From: an uncultured virus (IMG/VR IMGVR_UViG_3300045119_000323)
Taxonomy: Duplodnaviria > Heunggongvirae > Uroviricota > Caudoviricetes
Virus record (IMG/VR): IMGVR_UViG_3300045119_000323
Strand: one strand, 5' to 3'
DNA: 64,000 nt
In this document: positions 1 through 9,803 of the stretch, in pieces
Layout of the letters: the number at the start of each line of letters is the position of its first letter
Position numbering within the stretch: the stretch's first letter is position 1
Position numbers and translations under genes: made by a program
Notes under the pieces: generated by a model
The model's input: only the letters and a program-made list of their open reading frames with translations
Told to the model about the DNA's origin: nothing
Databases searched by the model: none

Positions 1-412
1 TCTGGAGACCGGGCTTGATGACGGCATCCGCAAATGCCTTGGCGGTTTCCGGTGCGACCATGTTCAACGCGCTGTGGATCACCCCGCTGTACGGCAGTCC
101 CGCCGCACTCAGCAGAGCCTTGCCGATGTTGAACATGCCGGAGCCGACTGTCTTGGCCGCGCCGCCGGGGTCCTTGACGGCGGCTTCGCCGGCCTTGGTG
201 ACGGCGGGAATGATGCCGGCGGCGGTCTTCCTGATCGACGCACCGGCCGCCGGCAGCACCTCGTTGGGTTCGTAGATTTGCGCCTGCGGCTTGTACTCCA
301 TCTCCCACGGCTGCTTGGCCGGCGCAGGCTGCGGCGCAACCGGCGTCCCCGCGCCGGTACCCGGAACCGGCGTGTAGTCCAGCTCCCACGGCTGCTTGAC
401 AGGCTCGGCCAT
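1..412 (-). CDS. Internal virion/ejection protein, N-terminal part (runs off the left edge)
   Basis: ATG at 412 overlaps the stop of the upstream gene. Frame MAEPVKQPWELDY... is open to the edge, with a repeated KQPWE motif. Lies after other ejection-like genes. Confidence 0.6.
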   Translation of the reverse strand, partial: MAEPVKQPWELDYTPVPGTGAGTPVAPQPAPAKQPWEMEYKPQAQIYEPNEVLPAAGASIRKTAAGIIPAVTKAGEAAVKDPGGAAKTVGSGMFNIGKALLSAAGLPYSGVIHSALNMVAPETAKAFADAVIKPGLQ

Positions 413-2025
413 TATTCCTTCGCCCAGTTGCGCTTGTCTTTGGGATCGCCGCCCTGATAGGTGAGGTCTCCCGCCTTGCTCTGGTGCGGCACCAGCGGCT
501 TACCATCAGGACCGTTCCACACCTTGCCGGGATCGCGCTCAGGCAGCTTCGGCTTGATGCCCCACGCCTCCTTACCTTCGGGCGTGGTGATGTCGGTGCT
601 GCTCACCTTGTCGAGTACGTCTTTGGAATTCTTGCCCAGCAGATCATCAATAGTGTGAATCCGACGGTTGCCGTAGTCGATGGTCTTCGATTCCGCCAGC
701 GAGACACCCTTGCCTTCCAACAGCTTGATGGCCTTCTTGACAATAGACTGCAGCGCGCCCGGACCCTTGGCGCTGTCGAACAGACTGGCGATCTCATCCT
801 TCGAGGCCTGCGCCACCTGACCGCCGCTGAGATACTTCGCCAGCTCGTCGCCGATGAACTTCTTAGCGGTCTCGAACTCGGCGATTTCGGTGCCGCCCGT
901 GCTTCCGGCAATCGTGTTCTTGACCCGGTTGAGCAGGCTGTAGTCACCGTTGTCGAGGGCGGCGATGGCGGGCATCATCTCGCCGATGTGGTTCATGCTG
1001 GTGCGCAGCGACGTCACGGTCTGCGCATTCTTGTGATCGCCACCCCACGACTTCTTGTTGTCGTTGACATTGCCGTATTCGCCGTAGTTGAAGCTGCGGT
1101 CGATGGCCATCGCGTCGTCCAAGATGGTGTTCATGCCCTGCTTGGTGCGGCGCTGATCGGTGATTGCCTTTGGATCAAGCTCGTAATTCATGACCTTCCA
1201 CAGCTTGAGGGCATACTGCGGATTCTGCGAAGCGATCTCGGCCAGCTTGGCCCAGTCGATGTTCTTGTTGACCATCTTGTTGGGATCGATTTCCGGGTCG
1301 ACGGTCTTCTGCAGATAAGCCGTCAGCTCCGCCGGTTCCGTAGGCACCGGACCCCCCTGCGGTTTCTGTGTGGCCGTTCCGCTGCCGACCGGCTTGTTAC
1401 CGGTGCCGCCGACCTCGTACATGGTGTTTGGATCGGTCTGCCGGACGATGCCGTACTTGCCCGGACCGAAAGCGTTAGGATAGATGACGTCGCCGTTGTT
1501 CGGATTGACCGTCGGACGCGGCGACTTGACGCCGGCCGCTTCGAGCTGCTCGATCATCTTAAGCGTCTGGTCGGACGTCTTCTGCAGGTTGGCCTCGCGC
1601 TCCTTGAGCGGCTCGGCCTCGAACTCGCCGCGCTTGCGCTGCAGGTCGGCAAGGATGGCGAACGAGTCGCGGTTGTTTTTCTCCAGATTGCCGATGACCG
1701 GCGCGGCGTTGCCCATGGCGCTGCCCAGCTCGGACATGAAGTTGCCGGCGACGCCCGGAGTCGTTTTGAGAAAGCCCGCCGACATCGCGGCACTCACCGC
1801 CGGATCGAAGGCTATGGGGCCGGTCTGGCGTGACGCCTTGAGGCCTTGGATCGCCTCGTCGATGGCGGCGAGGTTGCGCTGGGTCACGTCACCGCGATTG
1901 GCCTGCACCCCGGCGATCTGCTCGCGCGTCTTGGAGAGCGCACCACGATAATCCTTGAGCAGGCCGGCGACTGCGTTCGGATCGGTGTCTTCCGACGGCG
2001 GGATGGTGATGGTGGTGTCGGTCAT
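412..2025 (-). CDS. Putative internal virion (DNA ejection) protein, 537 aa
   Basis: Long, helical-looking ORF with typical codon use, downstream of the tail genes. Function inferred from podovirus synteny. Confidence 0.6.
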   Translation of the reverse strand: MTDTTITIPPSEDTDPNAVAGLLKDYRGALSKTREQIAGVQANRGDVTQRNLAAIDEAIQGLKASRQTGPIAFDPAVSAAMSAGFLKTTPGVAGNFMSELGSAMGNAAPVIGNLEKNNRDSFAILADLQRKRGEFEAEPLKEREANLQKTSDQTLKMIEQLEAAGVKSPRPTVNPNNGDVIYPNAFGPGKYGIVRQTDPNTMYEVGGTGNKPVGSGTATQKPQGGPVPTEPAELTAYLQKTVDPEIDPNKMVNKNIDWAKLAEIASQNPQYALKLWKVMNYELDPKAITDQRRTKQGMNTILDDAMAIDRSFNYGEYGNVNDNKKSWGGDHKNAQTVTSLRTSMNHIGEMMPAIAALDNGDYSLLNRVKNTIAGSTGGTEIAEFETAKKFIGDELAKYLSGGQVAQASKDEIASLFDSAKGPGALQSIVKKAIKLLEGKGVSLAESKTIDYGNRRIHTIDDLLGKNSKDVLDKVSSTDITTPEGKEAWGIKPKLPERDPGKVWNGPDGKPLVPHQSKAGDLTYQGGDPKDKRNWAKE

Positions 2026-2029
2026 GACG

Positions 2030-3685
2030 CTACCTCATCGCGCTCAGGGCACCGGGCGGCGGCCCACCACGCGGCGGCATCGGGATGCCACCCGGAGGTC
2101 CCGGCGGCGGCAGACCACCCAGCGCGCCACGGCCGGCGGCCGGCGGCAACGGCAAACCACCCGGCGCACCCATCGGCGGCATCGGCATACCGCCCGGCGG
2201 GCCCATGCCCTGCGGCGCGGGCGGCTTCTTCCTCGACATGATGCCGCGCTTGACCGGCACCGACCCGCCGACGTCGAACTTGCGCTGCGCGCCCTGCGTG
2301 CCGCGCCGGCCCATCAGGCCGCTGATGCCGACCTTGCCCAGCGCCCCGATGCTGGGAACGCTCGGCCGCGACGCCCCGCCCATGGTCGGCGAAACGACGG
2401 GACCGAATGCCGGCCCGCCCTGCGCGTAGCCCCGGATGCGGCCACCGCGCGCGGCCGTCTGCTGCTGCGGCGCGGGCGGTCCGTACTGCTGGCCGGACGT
2501 GCTGGGCCCGGTGACCGCGTTGTAGATGTTCGGGATGCCGCCGGTCGTCTTGCCCGAGGCGTCGGTCGACGAACCGAGCGTGTTGATCGCGCCCAAGGTG
2601 CCGAAGATGTCGCCGGCAATCGACGGGTTCGAGGTCGACGAGCCGGTGACGCCCGAGGTCGAGGACTGCTGGCCGCTCTGGTACTGCGGGATGGTCAGGC
2701 CGCGCTGCGCGGCGTTCATGAAGTTGACCATCTGGAACGGCCACTGCTGGGCCTGCTGGAACTGCTGGTACTGCGCCGTCAGCGGCAGTTGGTTCTGCTG
2801 CTGCTGCTGGTTGCCGGCCGCCAGCAGCGCCTGATTGTTGATCAGGTTGGTGTTCGACAGCGCGCCGCCGAGGTTCGAGTACGCGCCGGCCATGCCGATG
2901 CCGGAGTTGATCGCGCCCGACGTGATGTTGGCGTTGGTCGAGGCGAGGTTGGTGAGCGCCCCCATGTTGGTGTTGGCCAGACTGCCGAGCTGCGAGCCCG
3001 CGCTCTGCATGCGGCTCTGGTCGGTGTTGAACTGGTTGGCGGCGTTCCAGTACGCCTGATTCTCCATCGTCATGGCGTTGCCCGACTCGGTGTTGCCGAG
3101 ATCGCGCGTCGCGCGGCCGACCATGTTCTGGTAATTCTGCCGGCCGAGCTGGCCCTGTCCCCTGACGAACTGGGAGTTGAGGGTCGGCATCGTGTTTTCG
3201 GCGAAATTCTGCTCGGTCAGTTGATTGGCTCGACCGATTGCCCCCGACGTGTAGGGGTCCATGTAGCTCGACTGGGTCTGCGGGTTGTTCCACGCGCCGG
3301 CCGACTGCGTCAGGAAGCCCTGCCCGGCATCCCACGGTCGCGTCGCCGCGCCGGCCTGATCGAGCGCCGGCTGCGCACTGGTCTGCGGATTGTAGCCCGC
3401 AACATTACCGAGCGCCCCCGATGCCGCGTTGTAGTACGGCTGGTAGGCTCCCGAAGCGTTCTGCTGGATTTGACCGAAGGCCTGATTCTGCGCGTCCGTA
3501 AAGGGCGCGAACATCTTGCTGACGTCGTAGCCCTGATACGGCGTCTGGCCCAGACCCTGCGCCTGCTGCAGTATCTGGTTCACATACTGCATGTACTCAG
3601 GCGACTGAGTCGTCGACTGGTTGGACGAGGCGTTCTGCTGCTGCGCCTGCTGGGTGCCGCCGCTGCCCTGAAATAAGAACCCCAT
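2030..3685 (-). CDS. Putative DNA pilot/ejection protein, Q/N/G-rich, with C-terminal AxGG motifs
   Basis: Likely start MGFLFQGSGG at 3685. YMDPY motif and Gln/Asn-rich helices resemble phage pilot proteins. Carries AARGG, YAQGG and FDVGG near a Pro-rich tail. Confidence 0.6.
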   Translation of the reverse strand: MGFLFQGSGGTQQAQQQNASSNQSTTQSPEYMQYVNQILQQAQGLGQTPYQGYDVSKMFAPFTDAQNQAFGQIQQNASGAYQPYYNAASGALGNVAGYNPQTSAQPALDQAGAATRPWDAGQGFLTQSAGAWNNPQTQSSYMDPYTSGAIGRANQLTEQNFAENTMPTLNSQFVRGQGQLGRQNYQNMVGRATRDLGNTESGNAMTMENQAYWNAANQFNTDQSRMQSAGSQLGSLANTNMGALTNLASTNANITSGAINSGIGMAGAYSNLGGALSNTNLINNQALLAAGNQQQQQNQLPLTAQYQQFQQAQQWPFQMVNFMNAAQRGLTIPQYQSGQQSSTSGVTGSSTSNPSIAGDIFGTLGAINTLGSSTDASGKTTGGIPNIYNAVTGPSTSGQQYGPPAPQQQTAARGGRIRGYAQGGPAFGPVVSPTMGGASRPSVPSIGALGKVGISGLMGRRGTQGAQRKFDVGGSVPVKRGIMSRKKPPAPQGMGPPGGMPMPPMGAPGGLPLPPAAGRGALGGLPPPGPPGGIPMPPRGGPPPGALSAMR

Positions 3686-4152
3686 TACAGCACCTTCACC
3701 ATGGTGGCCGGGCCACGCCACCAGCCGAGCGGATCAAGCACGCGCCGCCAACCCGGCCGGCCCATCTCGAAGATGTAGGCGCAGCGATGCTCGCGCGCGT
3801 AGATCGAGACGGCCCTGTCGAACGAGGCGATCCAGTCCGCCATGCCGATGCCGCCGAGCGCGATGATGTTGAGCGCCTTGCCCTTGCTGCCGCATTCGAC
3901 CTTGGTGACGTAGGCTCCCACGAGGTTGCCGTGGTCGCGGATCGTCCACAGCGTCATGGCGTGGCGCAGCAGGTCGTTGAAGACGTCGTTTGCGCCAATC
4001 AGCGACCATTCGTTGTTGGTCGCCTTGTCGATCCAGCCGAAGACCTGCGACCACACATCCATCGGATGGTCGACCGTGGCGCAGACAATCGCGGGGTTGA
4101 GGTCGCTGTAAAGCTTCCACGAGTCGTTGAGGGGAATGATGTGATCCATCAC
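3685..4152 (-). CDS. Virion-module protein, possibly GNAT-like fold, 155 aa
   Basis: Coupled ORF with a GRPGWRRVL C-terminal motif, as in small proteins that precede ejection genes in podoviruses. Confidence 0.5.
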   Translation of the reverse strand: MMDHIIPLNDSWKLYSDLNPAIVCATVDHPMDVWSQVFGWIDKATNNEWSLIGANDVFNDLLRHAMTLWTIRDHGNLVGAYVTKVECGSKGKALNIIALGGIGMADWIASFDRAVSIYAREHRCAYIFEMGRPGWRRVLDPLGWWRGPATMVKVL

Positions 4153-5024
4153 AGGTAGCTTTCGGGCTCGTGCGCGTCGGGCGAGAACTTGCCCTTGGCC
4201 AGCGCCTTGCCCTTGTGCCGGCGCACATTCGCCCGAAATTTATCGAGCTTGGCCGCGCCCGCGTCGGGCGAGCCGTCGCCCAGCGCCGACACGGTCTCGG
4301 CGTCCATGACGTACTCGTTGGGACTGAGCCGCGCCTCGATGTTGTCGGAGCGGCCATTGCCGCCATTGGGCGGCTGGAAGCCGTGACCGCCGCCGCCGAA
4401 GTCGCCCTTGTCGCGCGGCCCGAGGAAATCCATGCCGCCATGCGCGAAGTGTTCGCGGATCGGCAGGCCCTGCGGCTCCGGCAGGCCGATGAGGTCGGGG
4501 TAGCCGCCGCGTGCCATGCCGCCCTGCGGACCAGCAGGTGGAGCTCCGCCGGCCTGCGGACCAGCAGGTGGAGCTCCGCCGGCCTGCGACATCAGCCCCC
4601 GGATCGCGCTCGTCGGATCGCCGCCGCCGATTCCGGCCGGCGGGATGCCCGCGCCGACGCTCTCGTGCATGCCCTGCACGACGCCCTGCAGCGCCTGCTG
4701 GGCCCCCTTGTGCATGGCCTCGACCAGCGCCTGCTGGTGTTCCATGCGCTGCTTCTGCTGGGTCTCGCCCGAAACCAGCCCGAGGACCCGGTTCACCAGC
4801 CCCTCGTTGCCGGGCTTTACGGGCGGTTTGGGAGGGCCGGCGGGGCCGGGCGGTACACCGGGAGGCATGCCCGGCGGAAGCGCTCCAGCGGGCCCCTGCG
4901 GGCCGCCGGGAGGGGCTCCGCCTGCCGGGCCGGGGGGCGGGCCGGCGGGAGGTCCAGCAGGCGGCCCACCGCCCGCTCCGGGCAGTTGAGATAAGGCTCC
5001 TTGAGGCGGTGGCATAGGCGGCAT
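4149..5024 (-). CDS. Pro/Gly-rich virion protein with a conserved C-terminal GxSDxIxARLSxxEYV domain
   Basis: GGGGAG RBS. MARGG and FAHGG motifs precede GRSDNIEARLSPNEYVMDAETVSALGDG, a pattern I recognise from phage virion and tape-measure proteins. Confidence 0.65.
   Translation of the reverse strand: MPPMPPPQGALSQLPGAGGGPPAGPPAGPPPGPAGGAPPGGPQGPAGALPPGMPPGVPPGPAGPPKPPVKPGNEGLVNRVLGLVSGETQQKQRMEHQQALVEAMHKGAQQALQGVVQGMHESVGAGIPPAGIGGGDPTSAIRGLMSQAGGAPPAGPQAGGAPPAGPQGGMARGGYPDLIGLPEPQGLPIREHFAHGGMDFLGPRDKGDFGGGGHGFQPPNGGNGRSDNIEARLSPNEYVMDAETVSALGDGSPDAGAAKLDKFRANVRRHKGKALAKGKFSPDAHEPESYL
4523..4588. repeat. 30-bp tandem repeat (2 full copies plus part of a third), encoding AGGAPPAGPQ
   Basis: cctgcggaccagcaggtggagctccgccgg repeated exactly. 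Confidence 0.9.
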
Positions 5025-5122
5025 CGAAACGACTCCCCGTGCAGTCGGTCCGCTACCTCAAAGCCGCAGTTGAGCTGGGCCTACCCGTGGTCAGCAGGGG
5101 ACCGAGGTTACTCCTTGACGAC

Positions 5123-5386
5123 TCAAAGCGCGAGAGCCCTGCGCAGCGCGTGCGCCCACTCCCGCCAATCCGAAAATCCAGCGGCACGCGGTGCCTCCGG
5201 CACCGACAGGCAGAGCCAGTCGGCGAACTCTTCCCATGGCAGGTTCTCGTCCATCAGGCGGGTCAGCCCGAGCCGGCTGTTGTAGCCAATCACCGTCTGT
5301 GCCCAGTCCTCCCAGTCCATGAAGTCGGGCTGCGGCAGAGTGCGCTGGATGGTGCGCGGAAAATCCGCACTGATCCTGAGCCCCAT
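5123..5386 (-). CDS. Small hypothetical virion-module protein, 87 aa
   Basis: Coupled to the upstream gene; has W-x-D/E-W-A repeats. Confidence 0.7.
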   Translation of the reverse strand: MGLRISADFPRTIQRTLPQPDFMDWEDWAQTVIGYNSRLGLTRLMDENLPWEEFADWLCLSVPEAPRAAGFSDWREWAHALRRALAL

Positions 5387-6981
5387 CAGTCTTCCTTCCG
5401 CGCATCGCCGGGCTGGCTGTGGATGAGCGGCGACCCGGCGAAGTAGTAGCCGCCAAGCGTGTTGCTCTCGATCTGGAAACTGGTGAGCCGGCCGGTGTGC
5501 TTGAATTTCACGAGCTGGTCCTTGGGCGTCGCCGGCACTTCGGAGATCACGAGCGGACCCAGTGTCGACTCGGCGGCGCGCGCATTGGCCCGGCTGATCA
5601 CCGAGAACATCAGGTCGCCGACCTGCTCGAAGTCGGGCTCAAGGATCGACCATGACAACGCCTGATCCATGCCGAGCTGGCCGGGCTGCTGCGGCTCGCA
5701 CAGGCTGAATTCGTTGGTCTGGTAGTAGGAGTAGATCGCCTTGGGCACGGCGATCTGGCCCGACACCTCGTCGTAGCCGACCTCGTGCTGCCACACTGAG
5801 GTGCCGCCACCGGTATCGGCGTTGGGCACAACCCCCGCCATGACCGGATAGTTGAAAACGAATTCGTAGAAGCCGGCCGACCGGCCACCGTTGGGCAGCA
5901 CCGTGTCGTACCAGCACTTCTCCGACCAGTTCCAGATCAGCGCGTGACTGCATTCGGTCGCCCCGAACAGCGGCGCGCAGAACCAGATTTCCGACCACTT
6001 GGGGACCTTGAACGTGAAAGCCTTCTGACGCTGCTGGAAGTTGAGGTTGTCGAAGAACCAGTGCTTGCTGTCGCTGTTGGGCAGCTCGCGGACGACGCCG
6101 TTGAACATCGAGAAGCCCGACGTAGTCGGCCAGTAGAAGATGCCGTCCTGCTCGACGATTGAATTCGATGACAGGATGGAAGCGCTGACCGTGGCCGTCG
6201 TGAAGTCCCAGAAATCCGGCGGCCCGACGAACTGGCCAATGATGATCGACGACAGCGACCACATGATGATGGCCGGGCCCGACTGGCCGCGCAGCGGGTA
6301 GGCGCGCACGATCTTGTCGCCAATCGGCCGGGCGTCGCCCGAACCGGCACCCGACCAGTCGGTCGGATTGGCCGGCACCGTCCAGCGCACGATGCCGTCA
6401 TGGCCATAGATGAAGACGTACGGGCCAACCGCCGCCACGCCGCCCGACGACAGGATGGGACCGAGCGAACCCGTCCCGGTGTCGGTGATTGCCGTCAGCG
6501 GGGCGCTGGCGACGATGTCGCCGTAATAGACCGGGTAGGCTTGCGACGACGTGATCGAGGAGGCACTCGGCGTGCCGTTGGCGAAGATCATCGTCGTATC
6601 GGTCGGGATGTCGAACTGCTCGGCGAGCTGCCAGTTGAACCGGGCGTCCGGAATGTAGCCGACCGGGGTGCGCGTGATCAGGCCGGCGGTGGCTCCCGTC
6701 ATGTTGTCGATGGCGTAGCGCTGGATGGCGTTGCCAGTCGCGATATGGACGTAGCTGTAGCCGTCGTTGCTGAACACATCGATGGCGCGGACGATGCCAT
6801 TGACGCTGCGAAGCTGCTCCTGATAGCCGCCCATCTTTCGCGGCTTGGCCTGATACCAGCGGCACCACTGGGCATCGACATGAGTGCGCCGCGACAGCCG
6901 CGTGCCGTCACGCGAGATGCCGGGCTGCGACAGCATGAGCTGCGGCTGGGTGGCCGAGACCGGGGTAGGGGCCTGCGCCAT
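5386..6981 (-). CDS. Putative tail nozzle/stabilisation (beta-propeller-like) protein, 531 aa
   Basis: Aromatic, beta-rich ORF (KWSEIWF, WNWSEKCWY) at the position of podoviral nozzle genes. Confidence 0.6.
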   Translation of the reverse strand: MAQAPTPVSATQPQLMLSQPGISRDGTRLSRRTHVDAQWCRWYQAKPRKMGGYQEQLRSVNGIVRAIDVFSNDGYSYVHIATGNAIQRYAIDNMTGATAGLITRTPVGYIPDARFNWQLAEQFDIPTDTTMIFANGTPSASSITSSQAYPVYYGDIVASAPLTAITDTGTGSLGPILSSGGVAAVGPYVFIYGHDGIVRWTVPANPTDWSGAGSGDARPIGDKIVRAYPLRGQSGPAIIMWSLSSIIIGQFVGPPDFWDFTTATVSASILSSNSIVEQDGIFYWPTTSGFSMFNGVVRELPNSDSKHWFFDNLNFQQRQKAFTFKVPKWSEIWFCAPLFGATECSHALIWNWSEKCWYDTVLPNGGRSAGFYEFVFNYPVMAGVVPNADTGGGTSVWQHEVGYDEVSGQIAVPKAIYSYYQTNEFSLCEPQQPGQLGMDQALSWSILEPDFEQVGDLMFSVISRANARAAESTLGPLVISEVPATPKDQLVKFKHTGRLTSFQIESNTLGGYYFAGSPLIHSQPGDARKED

Positions 6982-6988
6982 CGCCGGC

Positions 6989-8836
6989 TCAGGTCTTGAT
7001 GATGTGGCGGATGATCAGGGCCGGCTGGACATTGGTGACGGCAACCGTAGCGCCGCTGCCGGAAATGGTGCCGCTGCCGCCACCTGAGCCGCCACCAGTG
7101 CTGCCAAAACTGATGTCATGCGTATGCCCTGAAGTCGCAACGCCCGTACCCGAGCCGTCTTGAATAGATTGAAACGGCGCGCTAGGCCCTCCGGTCGTAC
7201 CGCCGCCACCGACCGACACAGAAACTGACACCGACACCGAACACGAACCGCTGACGGCAATGCTTTGGCCTGCATCATTCTGATTGCCGCCACCCGCGCC
7301 CAGCACGGCGGCGACGCCCAGACCGGTGGCAGTGAGGCGGTTGGCCGCGCCCAGCGGACCCTGATTGTCGGCACCCGCCAGCACGCGCCCGCGCGTGTCG
7401 GGCAGGGTGAAGGTCGTCGCCGTCTCCGGCCCGTAGGTCGTCAGGATGGCGTTGTAGAGGTTGGGGTAGTCGGCCTTCAGTCGGGTCGATCCGTCGCACG
7501 GCAGCCACAGCGTCGAGCCCAGCGTGATGCCGCCGTAGGGCAGCATGACGCCCGGCGGGATCAGTTGCTGCAGATCGGTGATGGCGCTCGACAGGATGAC
7601 AATCGGCGTCTCGACAACATTGGCAGTGCGACCCTTGGCGTCGACCGTGACCGTCGCCACCTTGGATGCCGTACCGTAGGTGCCGGGGGTCAGCGGCGGC
7701 GTCGGCATGTTGGCGAGGCCGACTGTGCCGATGGCCACCAGAGGATTGGGCGACGTGACCAGCTCACCCGCTACCGGCGTGATGCTGGTCACCGTGCCGC
7801 TGGTCGCCGTAAAGGCGATGTTCATCGTCCCGGCCTGACTGCGCAGAATCGAGAACGTGTTCTGCGCCACGATCACGCCGGGATCGGTGCCTGAACCACG
7901 GAACGTCGTCGCAAACGCGCCGTTGGTGTGATTGTAGACAAACCAGTAGCCGGTGCCGGTGCCGTAGGTGACCGTGCGCGCGCCGGTCAGCGTGCCGGTA
8001 AAATCCTGAACCTGCGCCGCGACCTGTGCCGCATTGAGGATCAGCTCACCCGTGCCGGCCAGATCAATCGATATGCCGGCAACGTTGGTGCTGATCGCCC
8101 GGCCGTAACCCATGGTGGCAAAGCCGGTACCGTAGCAGTAGACGACGCACGACTCGCCGGGGTTCAGAACCTTGGTCGGGTTGCCGTCGATGGTCTCGGC
8201 TCCCGACGGATCGAGCGTGACCGTACCTGACCCGGCGTTGATCTCAATGGCGAACCAGCCGTTGCCGAGCGATGCCGCCGGATCGAACGTGTGGGTGACC
8301 GTTCCGCCTGTGTTACGGAAGACCTGCGCTCGGCTCGACGCGGTGAGGTTGATGTTGCCGCCGGTCGCCGTGGTCAGCAAATTCTGGTCGAGCTTGGTGA
8401 GATTGGCGCGCAGGCCGAAGCCGGCGAGCGACGCCGCATCGGCCGACGACGTTCCCGCGCCAAGCTGGGTGACGTGCCATGTGCCGGCCGTCGTCGAATT
8501 GTCGGTGAGGTAGATGAACCACTGCTTGCCGGGCTGCACCGTGATGATCGTGTTGCCGGCGAAGTCGAGGACAGTGAAGGCGTTGGAGCCGACGTTGTTC
8601 CACAGGATGTCTTCGCCATTGCTGGCCAAGGTCGCATCGGGCAGCGAAAAGGTGTGGCCGGCGTTGGCGATCACGTCGATCTTGTCAGCCGTGACGTTGG
8701 CCCCGTCGAGCGCCTCGAACGGCCACTGCAGCAGGATATCCGACGCCAGCGGCACGAGCGTCGTGCCGTAAGCCTTGTAGCTCAGGCTCGACTGGTTGAT
8801 GTTCTCGCCACCGAAGACGTTGGTGTAGGTGTTCAT
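6989..8836 (-). CDS. Tail fibre protein with phage tail-collar domain, 615 aa
   Basis: PPGVMLPYGG...WLPCDG...YPNLYNAI...YG...TFTLPDTRGRVLAG collar signature and NVQPALI C-terminus. Confidence 0.8.
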   Translation of the reverse strand: MNTYTNVFGGENINQSSLSYKAYGTTLVPLASDILLQWPFEALDGANVTADKIDVIANAGHTFSLPDATLASNGEDILWNNVGSNAFTVLDFAGNTIITVQPGKQWFIYLTDNSTTAGTWHVTQLGAGTSSADAASLAGFGLRANLTKLDQNLLTTATGGNINLTASSRAQVFRNTGGTVTHTFDPAASLGNGWFAIEINAGSGTVTLDPSGAETIDGNPTKVLNPGESCVVYCYGTGFATMGYGRAISTNVAGISIDLAGTGELILNAAQVAAQVQDFTGTLTGARTVTYGTGTGYWFVYNHTNGAFATTFRGSGTDPGVIVAQNTFSILRSQAGTMNIAFTATSGTVTSITPVAGELVTSPNPLVAIGTVGLANMPTPPLTPGTYGTASKVATVTVDAKGRTANVVETPIVILSSAITDLQQLIPPGVMLPYGGITLGSTLWLPCDGSTRLKADYPNLYNAILTTYGPETATTFTLPDTRGRVLAGADNQGPLGAANRLTATGLGVAAVLGAGGGNQNDAGQSIAVSGSCSVSVSVSVSVGGGGTTGGPSAPFQSIQDGSGTGVATSGHTHDISFGSTGGGSGGGSGTISGSGATVAVTNVQPALIIRHIIKT

Positions 8837-9495
8837 GACGAATTCCTGATCTGCGCCCGGTCGCTGGCCTTGGCGGCATCCTGTGCGCTGGCGCTGTTGA
8901 ATTCATCGTCCGAGAGCTGCTTCCAGATGGCGATGCGCGAGTCGTTGCGGATGAACGGCTCCAGCGCCTTGAGGCATTCATAGAGCAGCATGTTGGGCAC
9001 GAACTTGGTCAGGTAGTTCTGCTGGTTGCTCTCCCCAAGAAGGTCCGGAAGACGGTAGACGATGCCCTCGAAGGGGTAATCGTTGTCGGGGCACGGCCCG
9101 ACGAGCCAGTGGTCTTGGTCGTAGTCGGCGTAGAAGACCGGCGCGTCGAGCCGGGTGTCGTCGGGATAAAGCGAGCGGATATACTCGTAGGATCGAGTGC
9201 GCAGCGTTCGCCGCTGATTTTTCTGGGGACCAATTCCAATGTTGATGGAGACGGTGTTACGCCAGCCTTCAGGCTTCGTAACAACGGGTTGGGCCTGCTG
9301 TACCGTGGAGGTGAGGACATAGCGATACCCCTGAATCTTCAGCTTGTCGGCGAGTGAGCGCTCGGCCCGGTTGATGATCAGCGGCATCTGGTAGTCGACC
9401 GTCGTGTCGGTGCCGCCGCCACGCTCCAGATACTGCTGCAGCGTAATCACGAGGTTGTCGTAGCTCATTCCGGTCGGAGCGGGGGTGAGGGCCAT
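8833..9495 (-). CDS. Putative head-tail adaptor, 220 aa
   Basis: SYDNL...IINRAE...GPCPDNDY...PNMLLYECL pattern of adaptor proteins; synteny. Confidence 0.6.
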   Translation of the reverse strand: MALTPAPTGMSYDNLVITLQQYLERGGGTDTTVDYQMPLIINRAERSLADKLKIQGYRYVLTSTVQQAQPVVTKPEGWRNTVSINIGIGPQKNQRRTLRTRSYEYIRSLYPDDTRLDAPVFYADYDQDHWLVGPCPDNDYPFEGIVYRLPDLLGESNQQNYLTKFVPNMLLYECLKALEPFIRNDSRIAIWKQLSDDEFNSASAQDAAKASDRAQIRNSS

Positions 9496-9497
9496 GG

Positions 9498-9803
9498 TCA
9501 GCCTGCCCGCAGCCAGTCGGTTTCATCGTCGAGCCATTCGGTCACGTCCGGTCCCGGTTCGAGTCGTTGGTCGGGACGGTTGAACGGCAGCTTGAGCGGA
9601 TCGGGCGTGCGCGTCGGCAGGCGATAGGGATCGTACTTGTCGATGCAGCCCTCGCCGGGATCGCGGCACACCTTGAGGCCCGGCGTGTTCGGGTCGGACA
9701 TGAATTCGGTCAGCGAGCGCTTGGTGCCGCAGCGGTCGCAGATTCCCACACCCAGCGTGCCACGGCCGGACGTGTCGAGGTATTTGGCTGCACTCCCGCT
9801 CAT
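9498..9803 (-). CDS. Small Cys-containing virion-module protein, 101 aa
   Basis: GICDRCG...GLKVC...C.D motif. Confidence 0.7.
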   Translation of the reverse strand: MSGSAAKYLDTSGRGTLGVGICDRCGTKRSLTEFMSDPNTPGLKVCRDPGEGCIDKYDPYRLPTRTPDPLKLPFNRPDQRLEPGPDVTEWLDDETDWLRAG

